Positions 7,671-16,461 of a stretch of 32,094 nucleotides of DNA are shown one piece after another. The notes under the pieces were generated by a model. The model had not been told where the DNA came from and ran no database searches. It saw nothing but the letters and a program-made list of their open reading frames with translations. A program made the translations under genes and the position numbers. Numbering within the stretch: the stretch's first letter is position 1; each line of letters opens with the position of its first letter. Source of the stretch: Piscirickettsiaceae bacterium (GTDB lineage: Bacteria > Pseudomonadota > Gammaproteobacteria > Nitrosococcales > Methylophagaceae); the NCBI GenBank assembly GCA_030627065.1, contig DAOUSV010000001.1:1-32094 (forward strand). The letters run 5' to 3'.

Positions 7671-9865
7671 GATTTAGAATTCCCTAAAGGCAGGCGAATT
7701 ATTATACAGGCTCCATCAGGACTTAGGTTTTCAGCCCAAACAATTCCTTGGTGTTCTTCAATTATCTTCTTTACAATGGCTAGCCCAAGCCCTGTTCCTT
7801 TAGGCTTATTAGTAGCATAAGGTTCAAATAATGAGTTAAGCATATTGTCGGGAATGCCGGGGCCATGATCGCGTATTTTCAGCTCTAGCCAGTCGGCATT
7901 ATGTTGTTGTATCTGTGAGTAACTGAGTTCAATATTGATTGCTAATTGGGCATCTTCACTTGCTTCAATCGAATTTTTAATTAAGTTATGAAGGACTTGC
8001 CTGAAGCGGTTACTATCTGTTTTTACGCTTATTAGATCACCGCTTTCCAGTAGCTGTATAGAGTTGTTAGTGTTGCTTTGGTATAAGGCGAGGACATCAT
8101 TAATTAGGTCGCTAAGGATATATGTCTCAATGTGTAAGTCTGGATTGCGAGCATAATCCGAGAAGTCATTGACCATGTCTTTCATGGCATCAACTTGTTG
8201 AATAATGGTGTTGGTGAGCTTGTTGAGTAGTTCCGTTTGACCTTCTGGCAATAGCGGCAGATATTTATGCTGTAAGCGTTCAGCCGATAACTGGATCGGA
8301 GTGAGAGGGTTCTTTATTTCATGGGCTAGGCGACGTGCAACTTCACCCCATGCGGCATTACGCTGCGCTTGTATTAAGGTCGTAATATCATCAAAAACAA
8401 TAACCCAACCGGCACTTTCGGGTAGTGGTGTGCCACGACAAATTAGAGTTTTCTGGCGTTTGTTCGGGTGGAGTTCTAACTCTTGTTGCCAGCTATTTTC
8501 TTGTTGCATTTGGCTGGAGATCAGATGTACAAACTCGTGTAAATAAGGGTGTTCTTCACTGAGTCGAGAGAGTGGTAATTCAATAAGTTGTTGTAAATCG
8601 CAGTCTAAAATTGTGTTACTAGCAATATTGGCTGTTTTTAGATAATGAGATTCATTAAAGGTAACAACACCACTAGAAAGGCTACCTAATACGGTACTTA
8701 AATAATTTGTTTGTTGCTCTAATTGGCGATGACTTCTTTGACTGCTATTACGTGCTTGGGTTAATCGTTGAGTCATCTGATTAAATGAACGTACTAGAAA
8801 GCCGATTTCATCATGCCCTGCGGTTGAAAGCTGGGTGTTGTAGTTACCTGAAGCGACAGACTGAGTACCATCAGCAAGCTCTTGTAGCGGCTCTACAATA
8901 CGTCGTGAAATCCAAACCGCAAACCAGATCGACATCAGTATTGTTAGTAATACAATCAGGCTTAATGTCAGAGTGAATATAGTGATCAGTGGTTTTCGTA
9001 GATAGCTGAGTTCTTTATAGTCAGTGTAAGCTTCCTGCACTGTTTTGCCTAGTGTACCTAAGCGTTCATTTACCGCGAAAATAGCATGCAGCATCGTTTT
9101 TTCTTGCTCTGGCGAGTTTGTTGGAATGCGAACGGCAACCCGTAGTTGTAGTTGACCATCACTATTGGGATCAAGGCCTATATAGTCTTCGTCCTGTTGT
9201 AATTGACGAAAAATTGCCTCATTGGGGCGGTTAGGGATCATGATTGTCGTGTCTTTTATGCTTGATGTGACAATCTTACCATCCATGGTCCAAATGTTCA
9301 TTTCTAGCGTACCACTAAGGCGCGTTAGTTCTTGTAGGCTGCGATTGAGATCGCTTTGAGGTAGCTCACTGAGCACGCCAGCCATCATTCTTGATTGCTT
9401 GAGCAGCGTTCGCATTCGAATAGTGAACGCCGATCGACTGAGATCCAAAGAGTCACTTAAGGCCTCTTCGACATTAACATCAAACCAGCTATTAATGCCG
9501 CGATGAAGGAAGTGTATAGAAAATCCGTAAACCGTTGTTGTTGATACTAAAATTAATAGAACAAATAGGCTAACAAGGCGAATAGTTAGGCGGGAGCCTG
9601 CTTCTTTGCGTTTAAAATCTCGATAGAGTCGTAATAGACTTCTAGTTAAAAGGGTAGCAAGCAAAACCAGACTTAAAATACCTAAGCCGAAAATAGGCAG
9701 GAATAAGTTATTGAGTTTAGAGCTGTCTTGAGTTGCTGCACTAAGTAAATAGGCAAGAATCAATAGCAATGCCGCCAGAAAGAAGTAGGGCGCTGTGCCA
9801 GAGCTTAAGCGTTTAACTAGATTTATGGCCATATTGCGTGCTTCCAAGGGCTGGTTAGTTGCCAT
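7667..9865 (-). CDS. NtrY-like sensor histidine kinase (TM-HAMP-PAS-HisKA-HATPase)
   Basis: Several N-terminal TM helices are followed by a HAMP-like segment (ISRRIVEPLQELADGTQSVASGNY...FNQMTQRL). The H-box is HEIKNPLTPIQLSAERL, the N-box HNLIKNSIEA, and the G-boxes DHGPGI and GTGLGLAIV. An alternative start at Met12 (9832) has a better GGAAG Shine-Dalgarno. Confidence 0.88.
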   Translation of the reverse strand: MATNQPLEARNMAINLVKRLSSGTAPYFFLAALLLILAYLLSAATQDSSKLNNLFLPIFGLGILSLVLLATLLTRSLLRLYRDFKRKEAGSRLTIRLVSLFVLLILVSTTTVYGFSIHFLHRGINSWFDVNVEEALSDSLDLSRSAFTIRMRTLLKQSRMMAGVLSELPQSDLNRSLQELTRLSGTLEMNIWTMDGKIVTSSIKDTTIMIPNRPNEAIFRQLQQDEDYIGLDPNSDGQLQLRVAVRIPTNSPEQEKTMLHAIFAVNERLGTLGKTVQEAYTDYKELSYLRKPLITIFTLTLSLIVLLTILMSIWFAVWISRRIVEPLQELADGTQSVASGNYNTQLSTAGHDEIGFLVRSFNQMTQRLTQARNSSQRSHRQLEQQTNYLSTVLGSLSSGVVTFNESHYLKTANIASNTILDCDLQQLIELPLSRLSEEHPYLHEFVHLISSQMQQENSWQQELELHPNKRQKTLICRGTPLPESAGWVIVFDDITTLIQAQRNAAWGEVARRLAHEIKNPLTPIQLSAERLQHKYLPLLPEGQTELLNKLTNTIIQQVDAMKDMVNDFSDYARNPDLHIETYILSDLINDVLALYQSNTNNSIQLLESGDLISVKTDSNRFRQVLHNLIKNSIEASEDAQLAINIELSYSQIQQHNADWLELKIRDHGPGIPDNMLNSLFEPYATNKPKGTGLGLAIVKKIIEEHQGIVWAENLSPDGACIIIRLPLGNSKS

Positions 9866-10395
9866 TTTTTTGAGATAAGAGCGCCAGGACGCATTGGTGT
9901 CGGTAGTGCATAGAGATCAAGCCCGCTACGAATTTGCAGTGTGATATTGTCAATATCCTCCAGATATTCAGGCGGGAGGTTTAGTAGATTGATACTACCT
10001 AATGCGGACAGTGCTGAATCTAAAGAGGGGAAATTACGTTGGTATTGGGTATCTAATGATTGCATCACATATTGTTTTGAAAGTGCGTGATAGCGGAGTT
10101 CATAGCGTAATTCCGCGCTCCAAAGAGTCGTCTTCCATTGCCAAAATTGACCGAGAACGGGAATGCTGTGAATAAGCTCAATATTTTGTTGAAATGTGAT
10201 CGGAACGCCATTGTCTAAAGCTTCGTTAACTCTTGGAGTGAGTGGGTACTTTATTTTTGCATTGAGAATGTATCCATTACCAATTTTTTCGACTTGTGCG
10301 TAATAAACTTCAAAACTAACTGCCGGACTTGCTGTGCTTAATAGCAACAGCAAAGCAAAGAGGAAAAATCGGTTAGCGGTGCTGTAGGCTGGCAT
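9823..10395 (-). CDS. Secreted DUF4390-like protein
   Basis: The predicted signal peptide is MPAYSTANRFFLFALLLLLSTASPAVS. The gene lies between rsmB and an NtrY-like kinase, the usual place for DUF4390 proteins as I remember it. The start is uncertain, since the ORF is open to 10452. Confidence 0.65.
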   Translation of the reverse strand: MPAYSTANRFFLFALLLLLSTASPAVSFEVYYAQVEKIGNGYILNAKIKYPLTPRVNEALDNGVPITFQQNIELIHSIPVLGQFWQWKTTLWSAELRYELRYHALSKQYVMQSLDTQYQRNFPSLDSALSALGSINLLNLPPEYLEDIDNITLQIRSGLDLYALPTPMRPGALISKKWQLTSPWKHAIWP

Positions 10396-11677
10396 AATAA
10401 AAGCCATCAAGCTCATCATCACCGGGTAGGCGCTGATAACCAACAGATGCACGTGTTGCTGGTGGATCTGCTGATACTTTTTCCTGTGCTTCAGGATGTT
10501 GCTCTAAGAAATTCATAATCTGCTGCTCATTTTCCTGTTTAAGTGCGGAACAGGTGGTGTACACCAATAATCCACCAGTGTTGAGCAAAGGCCACAAGTT
10601 TTCAAGTAGTTGCTGTTGTTTTTCGACAAGACTGGCAATATCATCAGGGCGGCGAAGCAGTTTAATATCAGGATGACGTCTAATAACGCCAGTACCTGAG
10701 CAGGGTGCATCAATTAATATTCGGTCAAACTTCTGGCCATCCCACCAAGCTGCAGTATCACCGGCATCTGCGGCAATAAGAGTGGCGCTTAGATTGAGGC
10801 GGTCGGTATTTTGTTGGATTTGTACTAATCGTTTGGGATCTATATCAAGCGCGATAACTGCATTATCAGGTTGAGACTCTAAAATATGACAGGTTTTACC
10901 GCCCGGGGCGGCACAGGCATCAAGAATGCGTTGATTAGGTTTGATATCGAGTAACTTGGCTACTTGTTGAGCTGCACCATCTTGTACTGAGACATGACCT
11001 TGCTCAAAATCAGGCAATTGATACACATCACAGGGTGAGTCTAATAAGACACCTTGCGCTGTCTGGCTGATGGCGTAAGCAGTAATATCAGCCTCTTGTA
11101 ATAGCTCTAAATAATGATCGCGGGAACCATATTGTTGGTTGGTACGTAACATCATTGGTGGTTGTTGATTGTTAGCATCCAGTATTGCTGACCACTGTTC
11201 GGGCCAATCTTGTTTGAAACGGTCAATCAACCAATCTGGGTGTGAATACTTAGCAGAGTCTTGTTGCAAGGCGCCATCATCAAAGTTACTTGGATCGCGC
11301 TGATAGTTACGCAAGCTGGCATTTACAAGCCCTGTTGCCCATGGCTTGCCAAGCTGTTTACAGGCATTAACTGTTTCAGATAGAGCGGCATGTGCTGGAA
11401 TACGCATGGCACGAAGTTGGTATAAACCACAGAGCAGAAGCGCTGCGATATCTCCATCTTTTTTCTTAAGTGGTTTTTTAACTAGCTGAGAGGCAATAGC
11501 TTGCAGTTGGTGATGCCACCGAATAACGCCATAACAAATCTGCTGACAAAGGCTGCGTTCGCTTTCAGGCAAATCAAGAAGTGCCTTACTGAGGACGCCG
11601 TTTAATGAGCGATGTTGTTGTGTGACTTCGCTAATAACGCGGGCAGCGTTGGCGCGAGCAGATTGTTTCTTAGCCAA
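10373..11677 (-). CDS. rsmB: 16S rRNA (cytosine967-C5)-methyltransferase
   Basis: 434 aa ORF with an NusB-like N-terminal domain, SAM motif DACAAPGGKT and catalytic Cys motifs DAPCSGTG and TCS. It follows fmt. The apparent start is TTG, overlapping the fmt stop by 8 nt. Confidence 0.93.
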   Translation of the reverse strand: MAKKQSARANAARVISEVTQQHRSLNGVLSKALLDLPESERSLCQQICYGVIRWHHQLQAIASQLVKKPLKKKDGDIAALLLCGLYQLRAMRIPAHAALSETVNACKQLGKPWATGLVNASLRNYQRDPSNFDDGALQQDSAKYSHPDWLIDRFKQDWPEQWSAILDANNQQPPMMLRTNQQYGSRDHYLELLQEADITAYAISQTAQGVLLDSPCDVYQLPDFEQGHVSVQDGAAQQVAKLLDIKPNQRILDACAAPGGKTCHILESQPDNAVIALDIDPKRLVQIQQNTDRLNLSATLIAADAGDTAAWWDGQKFDRILIDAPCSGTGVIRRHPDIKLLRRPDDIASLVEKQQQLLENLWPLLNTGGLLVYTTCSALKQENEQQIMNFLEQHPEAQEKVSADPPATRASVGYQRLPGDDELDGFYYASLQHR

Positions 11678-12599
11678 GGTGTTCGCCTATAGTTAAAGAG
11701 TTTGCATTTAAAAAGTCAGCAACAGACATGGCACGCTTACCAGGTACTTGAATTTCAGTTAGCCGTAATACACCGTCTCCGGTGGCAATATCAATCCCAA
11801 GCTTATCTACAGCAATAACTTCACCTGCGGAGGCATTGTGTTGGCTGGTAATGATATTTGCAGACCAAATACGAAAGACTTTACCTTGCCACAATGTTTG
11901 AGCGACAGGCCAAGGATTAAATGCATGAACTTGTCGGGCTATTTCTTGGGCTGTGCGTTGCCAGTCAATAGCGGCTTCATCTTTGTGTAATTTATGGGCA
12001 TAACACATTGACGTATCATCTTGCGCAATGGCTGATTGTTGTAGGTTTTCGAGCTCGGCTAATGTACTTAATAAGGTGTCAGCACCAATTTTAGCAAGAC
12101 GATCATGCAGTATTTGCGCTGTATCATCATCGTGAATAGGGCATTCAGTACGAGCCATAACAGGCCCTGTATCAAGCCCCGCCTCCATTTGCATAATGCA
12201 AACGCCGGTCGTGGTGTCTCCAGCAAGAATAGCGCGCTGAATCGGTGCCGCGCCGCGCCAGCGAGGTAATAGTGAAGCGTGGATATTGATACAGCCTAAT
12301 TTAGGTATGCTCAATACAGCTTGAGGTAGCAATAAGCCGTAAGCCACCACGATCATTAAGTCAGCCTTATAGCTTGCTAATGTTGCTTTATCGGTATCTT
12401 CTTTAAAGTTAAGAGGCTGTTCGACTGGGATATTATGTTCAAGAGCAAGCTGTTTGACAGGACTTGCTGTGAGTTTTCGGCCTCGACCAGAAGGACGATC
12501 AGGCTGTGTATAAACGGCACAGATTTCATGTTCTGTAGTGAACAGTGCTTCTAATGTTTCTGCTGCAAATTCAGGTGTGCCAGAGAATATTATGCGCAT
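11670..12599 (-). CDS. fmt: Methionyl-tRNA formyltransferase
   Basis: 309 aa ORF with N-terminal MRIIFSGTPEFA and the HASLLPRWRGAAPIQ motif. It lies directly downstream of def. Confidence 0.95.
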   Translation of the reverse strand: MRIIFSGTPEFAAETLEALFTTEHEICAVYTQPDRPSGRGRKLTASPVKQLALEHNIPVEQPLNFKEDTDKATLASYKADLMIVVAYGLLLPQAVLSIPKLGCINIHASLLPRWRGAAPIQRAILAGDTTTGVCIMQMEAGLDTGPVMARTECPIHDDDTAQILHDRLAKIGADTLLSTLAELENLQQSAIAQDDTSMCYAHKLHKDEAAIDWQRTAQEIARQVHAFNPWPVAQTLWQGKVFRIWSANIITSQHNASAGEVIAVDKLGIDIATGDGVLRLTEIQVPGKRAMSVADFLNANSLTIGEHLG

Positions 12600-12606
12600 C
12601 GCTATC

Positions 12607-13110
12607 CTATGTTTCTTGTTTCAATTGTTTTTCGAGACGTTTCTTAATTCGTTGACGTTTTAGATTGCTGATGTAATCAACAAATAACTTACCATCAAGG
12701 TGATCTATTTCATGTTGAATACAGGTTGCCAGCAAATCATCGGCATCAAGTTCAAAGTTATTGCCATCACGATCTAATGCTTTAACACGAACAGTATCAG
12801 CGCGAGTGACCATCTCATAGGCTTCAGGTACTGATAGACAGCCTTCTTCGTATTCGCGTTCACCTGCTTTGCTGATTATTTCAGGATTAATAAAGACAAG
12901 AGGCGCATCTTTTTCTTCAGAGATATCCATTACGACAAGGCGTTTTTGTACATTAATTTGATTAGCTGCCAAGCCAATACCAGGAGCGGCATACATTGTT
13001 TCCAACATATCATCTGCAAGCCGGCGGATTTTATCTGTGACATCCGTAATAGGCACAGCCTTTTTTCGCAGACGAGGATCTGGAAAGCGAAGTATTTGTT
13101 TTATTGCCAT
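12607..13110 (-). CDS. def: Peptide deformylase
   Basis: 167 aa ORF carrying the three deformylase motifs [13 protein letters not shown] and HEIDH. Confidence 0.96.
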   Translation of the reverse strand: MAIKQILRFPDPRLRKKAVPITDVTDKIRRLADDMLETMYAAPGIGLAANQINVQKRLVVMDISEEKDAPLVFINPEIISKAGEREYEEGCLSVPEAYEMVTRADTVRVKALDRDGNNFELDADDLLATCIQHEIDHLDGKLFVDYISNLKRQRIKKRLEKQLKQET

Positions 13111-13128
13111 TTAAAGTCTCAAGATATT

Positions 13129-13157
13129 AAAAAGGCGATCATTAAGATCGCCTTTTT
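13129..13157. terminator. Symmetric (bidirectional) intrinsic terminator hairpin between cytochrome c gene and def
   Basis: The sequence is AAAAA-GGCGATC-ATTAA-GATCGCC-TTTTT, a perfect 7 bp GC-rich stem extendable by A5/T5 flanks. On the minus strand it lies 26 nt after the cytochrome c stop and is followed by a U-run. Confidence 0.7.
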
Positions 13158-13182
13158 AAAGAAGTATAAAGCTGTTTAAAAA

Positions 13183-13500
13183 TTATTTTATTTCAGAGAA
13201 ATATGCCGCAAGGTTGTCAATATCTGCATCAGATAAGCTTGCAGCTTGCATTTGCATAATAACAGACATGCCGCCATTACGTTGTTTATCACGATATGCT
13301 TTTATAGCTGTTACTAAATAAGCTTCATTTTGACCTGCAAGGTTTGGGTAGCCAGGCATCATCGCAATACCATTAGCTCCATGACAGGCAGCACAAACAG
13401 CGGCCTTAACCTTTCCTGCGGCTGCATCGCCAGCAGCGAATGCGGTACTAGCACCAAAAAGAGCTGTTAAACCAATTAAAGAATATGCAATCTTTTTCAT
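13183..13500 (-). CDS. Monohaem class I c-type cytochrome (periplasmic)
   Basis: 105 aa ORF with signal peptide [22 protein letters not shown], a single haem-binding CAACHG motif and a distal Met-rich segment ([10 protein letters not shown]). Confidence 0.85.
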   Translation of the reverse strand: MKKIAYSLIGLTALFGASTAFAAGDAAAGKVKAAVCAACHGANGIAMMPGYPNLAGQNEAYLVTAIKAYRDKQRNGGMSVIMQMQAASLSDADIDNLAAYFSEIK

Positions 13501-13728
13501 AACATTAACTCCGTTAAAGTTGATATAAACTGTTGCTAAATATACATTGTTTAGCTATATAAAGACAGTTTTTAGCATTAAGATTTATGGTCAGGCCTGA
13601 GTGAATAGTCTTTGTGTTTGTAGATTGTGTGAACTAGATATTTGCGATAATTGCGAATAATGGTTAGGCTTATGTTTAACTATTAATGTAATTCATTAAC
13701 TTTTGCCTTTCGATTGAGGACCTTATCG

Positions 13729-14805
13729 ATGATGCGCCGTTTAATTCTAAATTTATTCTTGCTATCTTTTAGCGTGTCAATAATGGCAACAGAGGTTGCT
13801 TTAAACCCGGAACACCCGCAACAGCATGTTGTTGTTCGGGGTGATACCTTGTGGGATATTTCTGGTATGTTTCTAAAATTCCCATGGCATTGGCCTGATA
13901 TTTGGCAGGCTAATCCACAGATTGAAAATCCGCATTTAATCTATCCTGGTGATATTATTTCACTTGTTTATCGTGATGGTCGTCCTGTGTTGGAGTTAAC
14001 GCGAGGTGCAAAGGCATATAAAATGTCGCCAGAAATACGTGAGATTGCATTAGAAAAAGCTATTTCAACGGTTCCTTTGGATGCTATTCGGGCATTTTTA
14101 ACCCGACCTCGCGTAGTGGGTGAAGAAGTGTTGGCGTTGGCACCTTATATTGTTGCAGGCTCAGAAGAACGTTTGATTTCTGGTGCTGGCGATAAAGTGT
14201 ATGTGCGTAACCTTGATGAAGAGCAAGGTGACCATTACAGTGTATTCCGTAGTGGTCAAATTTATAAAGATCCTCAAACCGCTGAAATTTTAGGTTATGA
14301 AGCTATTTACACTGCAGATGCATTAGTGGATGTTATGGGTGACCCTTCAACTGTTAATTTGCGGAAATCAACACGTGAAGTCATGGTTGGCGATAGGTTG
14401 TTACCTGTTGTTGCTGACGATTATGATATGAACTTTATGCCTCGCTCCCCAGAGCAGGATCTAGAAGGACAAATTATTGCTGTATTTGATGGCGTATCTC
14501 AGGTGGGACAATATCAAGTAATTGTATTGAATAAAGGTATTCGTGATGATTTAGAGGTAGGTCATGTTTTGTCGATCTATCAAGCAGGTAAGTCTGTTAT
14601 CGATCCTATTCTTTCAGGAAGAGAATCTGAAACTTTTTTCAATACGGAGAATGTAGATAAAGACCGTAATGCAACAGTTACTTTACCTGATGAACATGCA
14701 GGTGTAGCAATGGTTTTCAAGAACTTTGAAAAAGTAAGTTATGCCATTGTGATGAAGGCGACACGTGCTATTCATATTAATGATCGTGTTAGTTCATCTG
14801 AATAA
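13729..14805 (+). CDS. LysM peptidoglycan-binding domain protein, TsaP-like
   Basis: A signal peptide is followed by a LysM motif (HVVVRGDTLWDISGMFLKFPWHWPDIWQANPQIENPHLIYPGDIISL). The position upstream of dprA, on the same strand and divergent from the def operon beyond the intervening cytochrome c gene, matches the pseudomonad TsaP locus as I remember it. The ATG at 13729 is preceded by GAGGA, so the TTG at 13714 is less likely. Confidence 0.75.
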   Translation: MMRRLILNLFLLSFSVSIMATEVALNPEHPQQHVVVRGDTLWDISGMFLKFPWHWPDIWQANPQIENPHLIYPGDIISLVYRDGRPVLELTRGAKAYKMSPEIREIALEKAISTVPLDAIRAFLTRPRVVGEEVLALAPYIVAGSEERLISGAGDKVYVRNLDEEQGDHYSVFRSGQIYKDPQTAEILGYEAIYTADALVDVMGDPSTVNLRKSTREVMVGDRLLPVVADDYDMNFMPRSPEQDLEGQIIAVFDGVSQVGQYQVIVLNKGIRDDLEVGHVLSIYQAGKSVIDPILSGRESETFFNTENVDKDRNATVTLPDEHAGVAMVFKNFEKVSYAIVMKATRAIHINDRVSSSE

Positions 14806-14885
14806 AAAGGGATTTTATTCTGAATAGGTTTTCAGGAGAACAACAAGAATTAGCATCTTGGCTGGCTCTGCATCGGACACCCGGT

Positions 14886-15935
14886 GTGGGGCCTGTTACG
14901 TTTGCACGCTTGTTAACACAGTTTACTAGTCTGCAGACTATTTTTACCGAGCCTCAAAAAGCGCAAGGAATCTCCGAGCGAACACGCACAGCATTGAAAG
15001 CCCCTAATTGGGATCTTGTTGAGCAGGACTTGGCGTGGTTTGAACAAGAAAATCGTCATATTATTACGCTTCATAACCCTCGTTACCCTGAGCTATTAAA
15101 GCAAATTTCAGATCCACCGAGCCTATTATTTGTACAAGGTGATGTCGATTTATTATCACAGTGGCAAATTGCAATAGTGGGCAGTCGTAACCCCTCTGCA
15201 TCAGGACGAGATACAGCCTACGAGTTTGCACGTTATCTAGCGCAAGGAGGCATTGCGATCTCTAGCGGTTTAGCCATGGGGGTTGATGCTGCCGCACATC
15301 AAGGTGCCTTAGCTGTACAGGGGAAAACCGTTGCCGTTATTGGTACTGGCCTAGATCGTGTGTATCCCGCAAAAAACAAAGCGTTAGCACATGATATTGC
15401 AAAGACTGGTTTAATTGTTTCAGAGTTTGCTTTGGGTACTGCACCACGAGCAGAAAACTTTCCTCGTCGAAATAGAATTATTAGTGGCTTATCTTTAGGT
15501 GTGCTAGTTGTTGAAGCTGCGGTGCGTAGTGGCTCTCTTATTACAGCGCGAATGGCCATGGAGCAAGGCCGAGAAGTGTTTGCAATACCAGGCTCAATTC
15601 ACAATCCACTGGCACGTGGCTGTCATCGCTTGATACGTGACGGTGCTAAATTAGTAGAAACTGCCACAGATATTATTGAAGAGTTAGGTGCATTAGCAGG
15701 CGTGTCGGCTGCAAGTGAAGAGCCTATAAAAGAAACCAGTGAAATGCAGTTTGAGGCTGATGATGATTACCAAGTTTTATTTGAATTTTTAGGATATGAC
15801 CCCATAGTTATTGATGTATTAACCGAAAAATGTGGTTTGACGGCAGAGGCCGTTTCCTCCATGCTGTTATTATTAGAGTTAGAAGGGCAAGTTGAATCGT
15901 TGCCGGGTAGCCGTTACGTCCGAACGGGTAAATGA
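14886..15935 (+). CDS. dprA: DNA-processing protein DprA (Smf)
   Basis: The Rossmann-like DprA core shows IAIVGSRNPS, GLAMGVDAAAHQGAL, GTGLDRVYP and FPRRNRIISGLS. Coordinates use the first canonical start (GTG 14886), but the true start is probably upstream (see findings). Confidence 0.9.
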   Translation: MGPVTFARLLTQFTSLQTIFTEPQKAQGISERTRTALKAPNWDLVEQDLAWFEQENRHIITLHNPRYPELLKQISDPPSLLFVQGDVDLLSQWQIAIVGSRNPSASGRDTAYEFARYLAQGGIAISSGLAMGVDAAAHQGALAVQGKTVAVIGTGLDRVYPAKNKALAHDIAKTGLIVSEFALGTAPRAENFPRRNRIISGLSLGVLVVEAAVRSGSLITARMAMEQGREVFAIPGSIHNPLARGCHRLIRDGAKLVETATDIIEELGALAGVSAASEEPIKETSEMQFEADDDYQVLFEFLGYDPIVIDVLTEKCGLTAEAVSSMLLLLELEGQVESLPGSRYVRTGK

Positions 15936-15945
15936 TGGGGAAGCA

Positions 15946-16428
15946 ATGAAAGAAAATGTAATTGATGTATTGTTATATTTGTTTGAAAACTATATTGATA
16001 CGGATGATGTGAAAGAGTCAGATAAGGCAACGATCGAGCGAGAGCTTGAGCGTGTCGGCTTTCCAGAATTAGAGATCAATAAAGCCTTTGATTGGCTAGA
16101 AAATATGACTGTAGTAGCCGAAGAATCTTTGGAGGGCGATGAGCTTTCTCCGATAGCGGCTATACGCTTTTATACAGAGCAAGAAATGGCGCGATTGGAT
16201 GTTGATTGCCGAGGATATTTGTTATTTTTAGAGCAAGTAGATGTTTTAGATTCTGAAACACGGGAAGTTGTTATTGAACGTGTGATGGCTTTAGATACTG
16301 ATGAAATAGATTTAGAAGACTTGAAATGGGTGGTGTTGATGGTGTTATTTTATCAGCCTGGCCGCGAAGTCGCTTATGCATGGATGGAAGATTTAGTATT
16401 TGAAGATATGGAAGCGGTTATTCACTAA
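15946..16428 (+). CDS. smg: Smg protein (DUF494 family)
   Basis: MKENVIDVLLYLFENY is a typical Smg N-terminus, and the gene has the classical position between dprA and topA. The ATG at 15946 is preceded by GGGGAAG. The ORF-track extension to 15892 overlaps dprA. Confidence 0.88.
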   Translation: MKENVIDVLLYLFENYIDTDDVKESDKATIERELERVGFPELEINKAFDWLENMTVVAEESLEGDELSPIAAIRFYTEQEMARLDVDCRGYLLFLEQVDVLDSETREVVIERVMALDTDEIDLEDLKWVVLMVLFYQPGREVAYAWMEDLVFEDMEAVIH

Positions 16429-16461
16429 AAGACAGATTAGAAAGGTGTTGGAACAAAGAAT

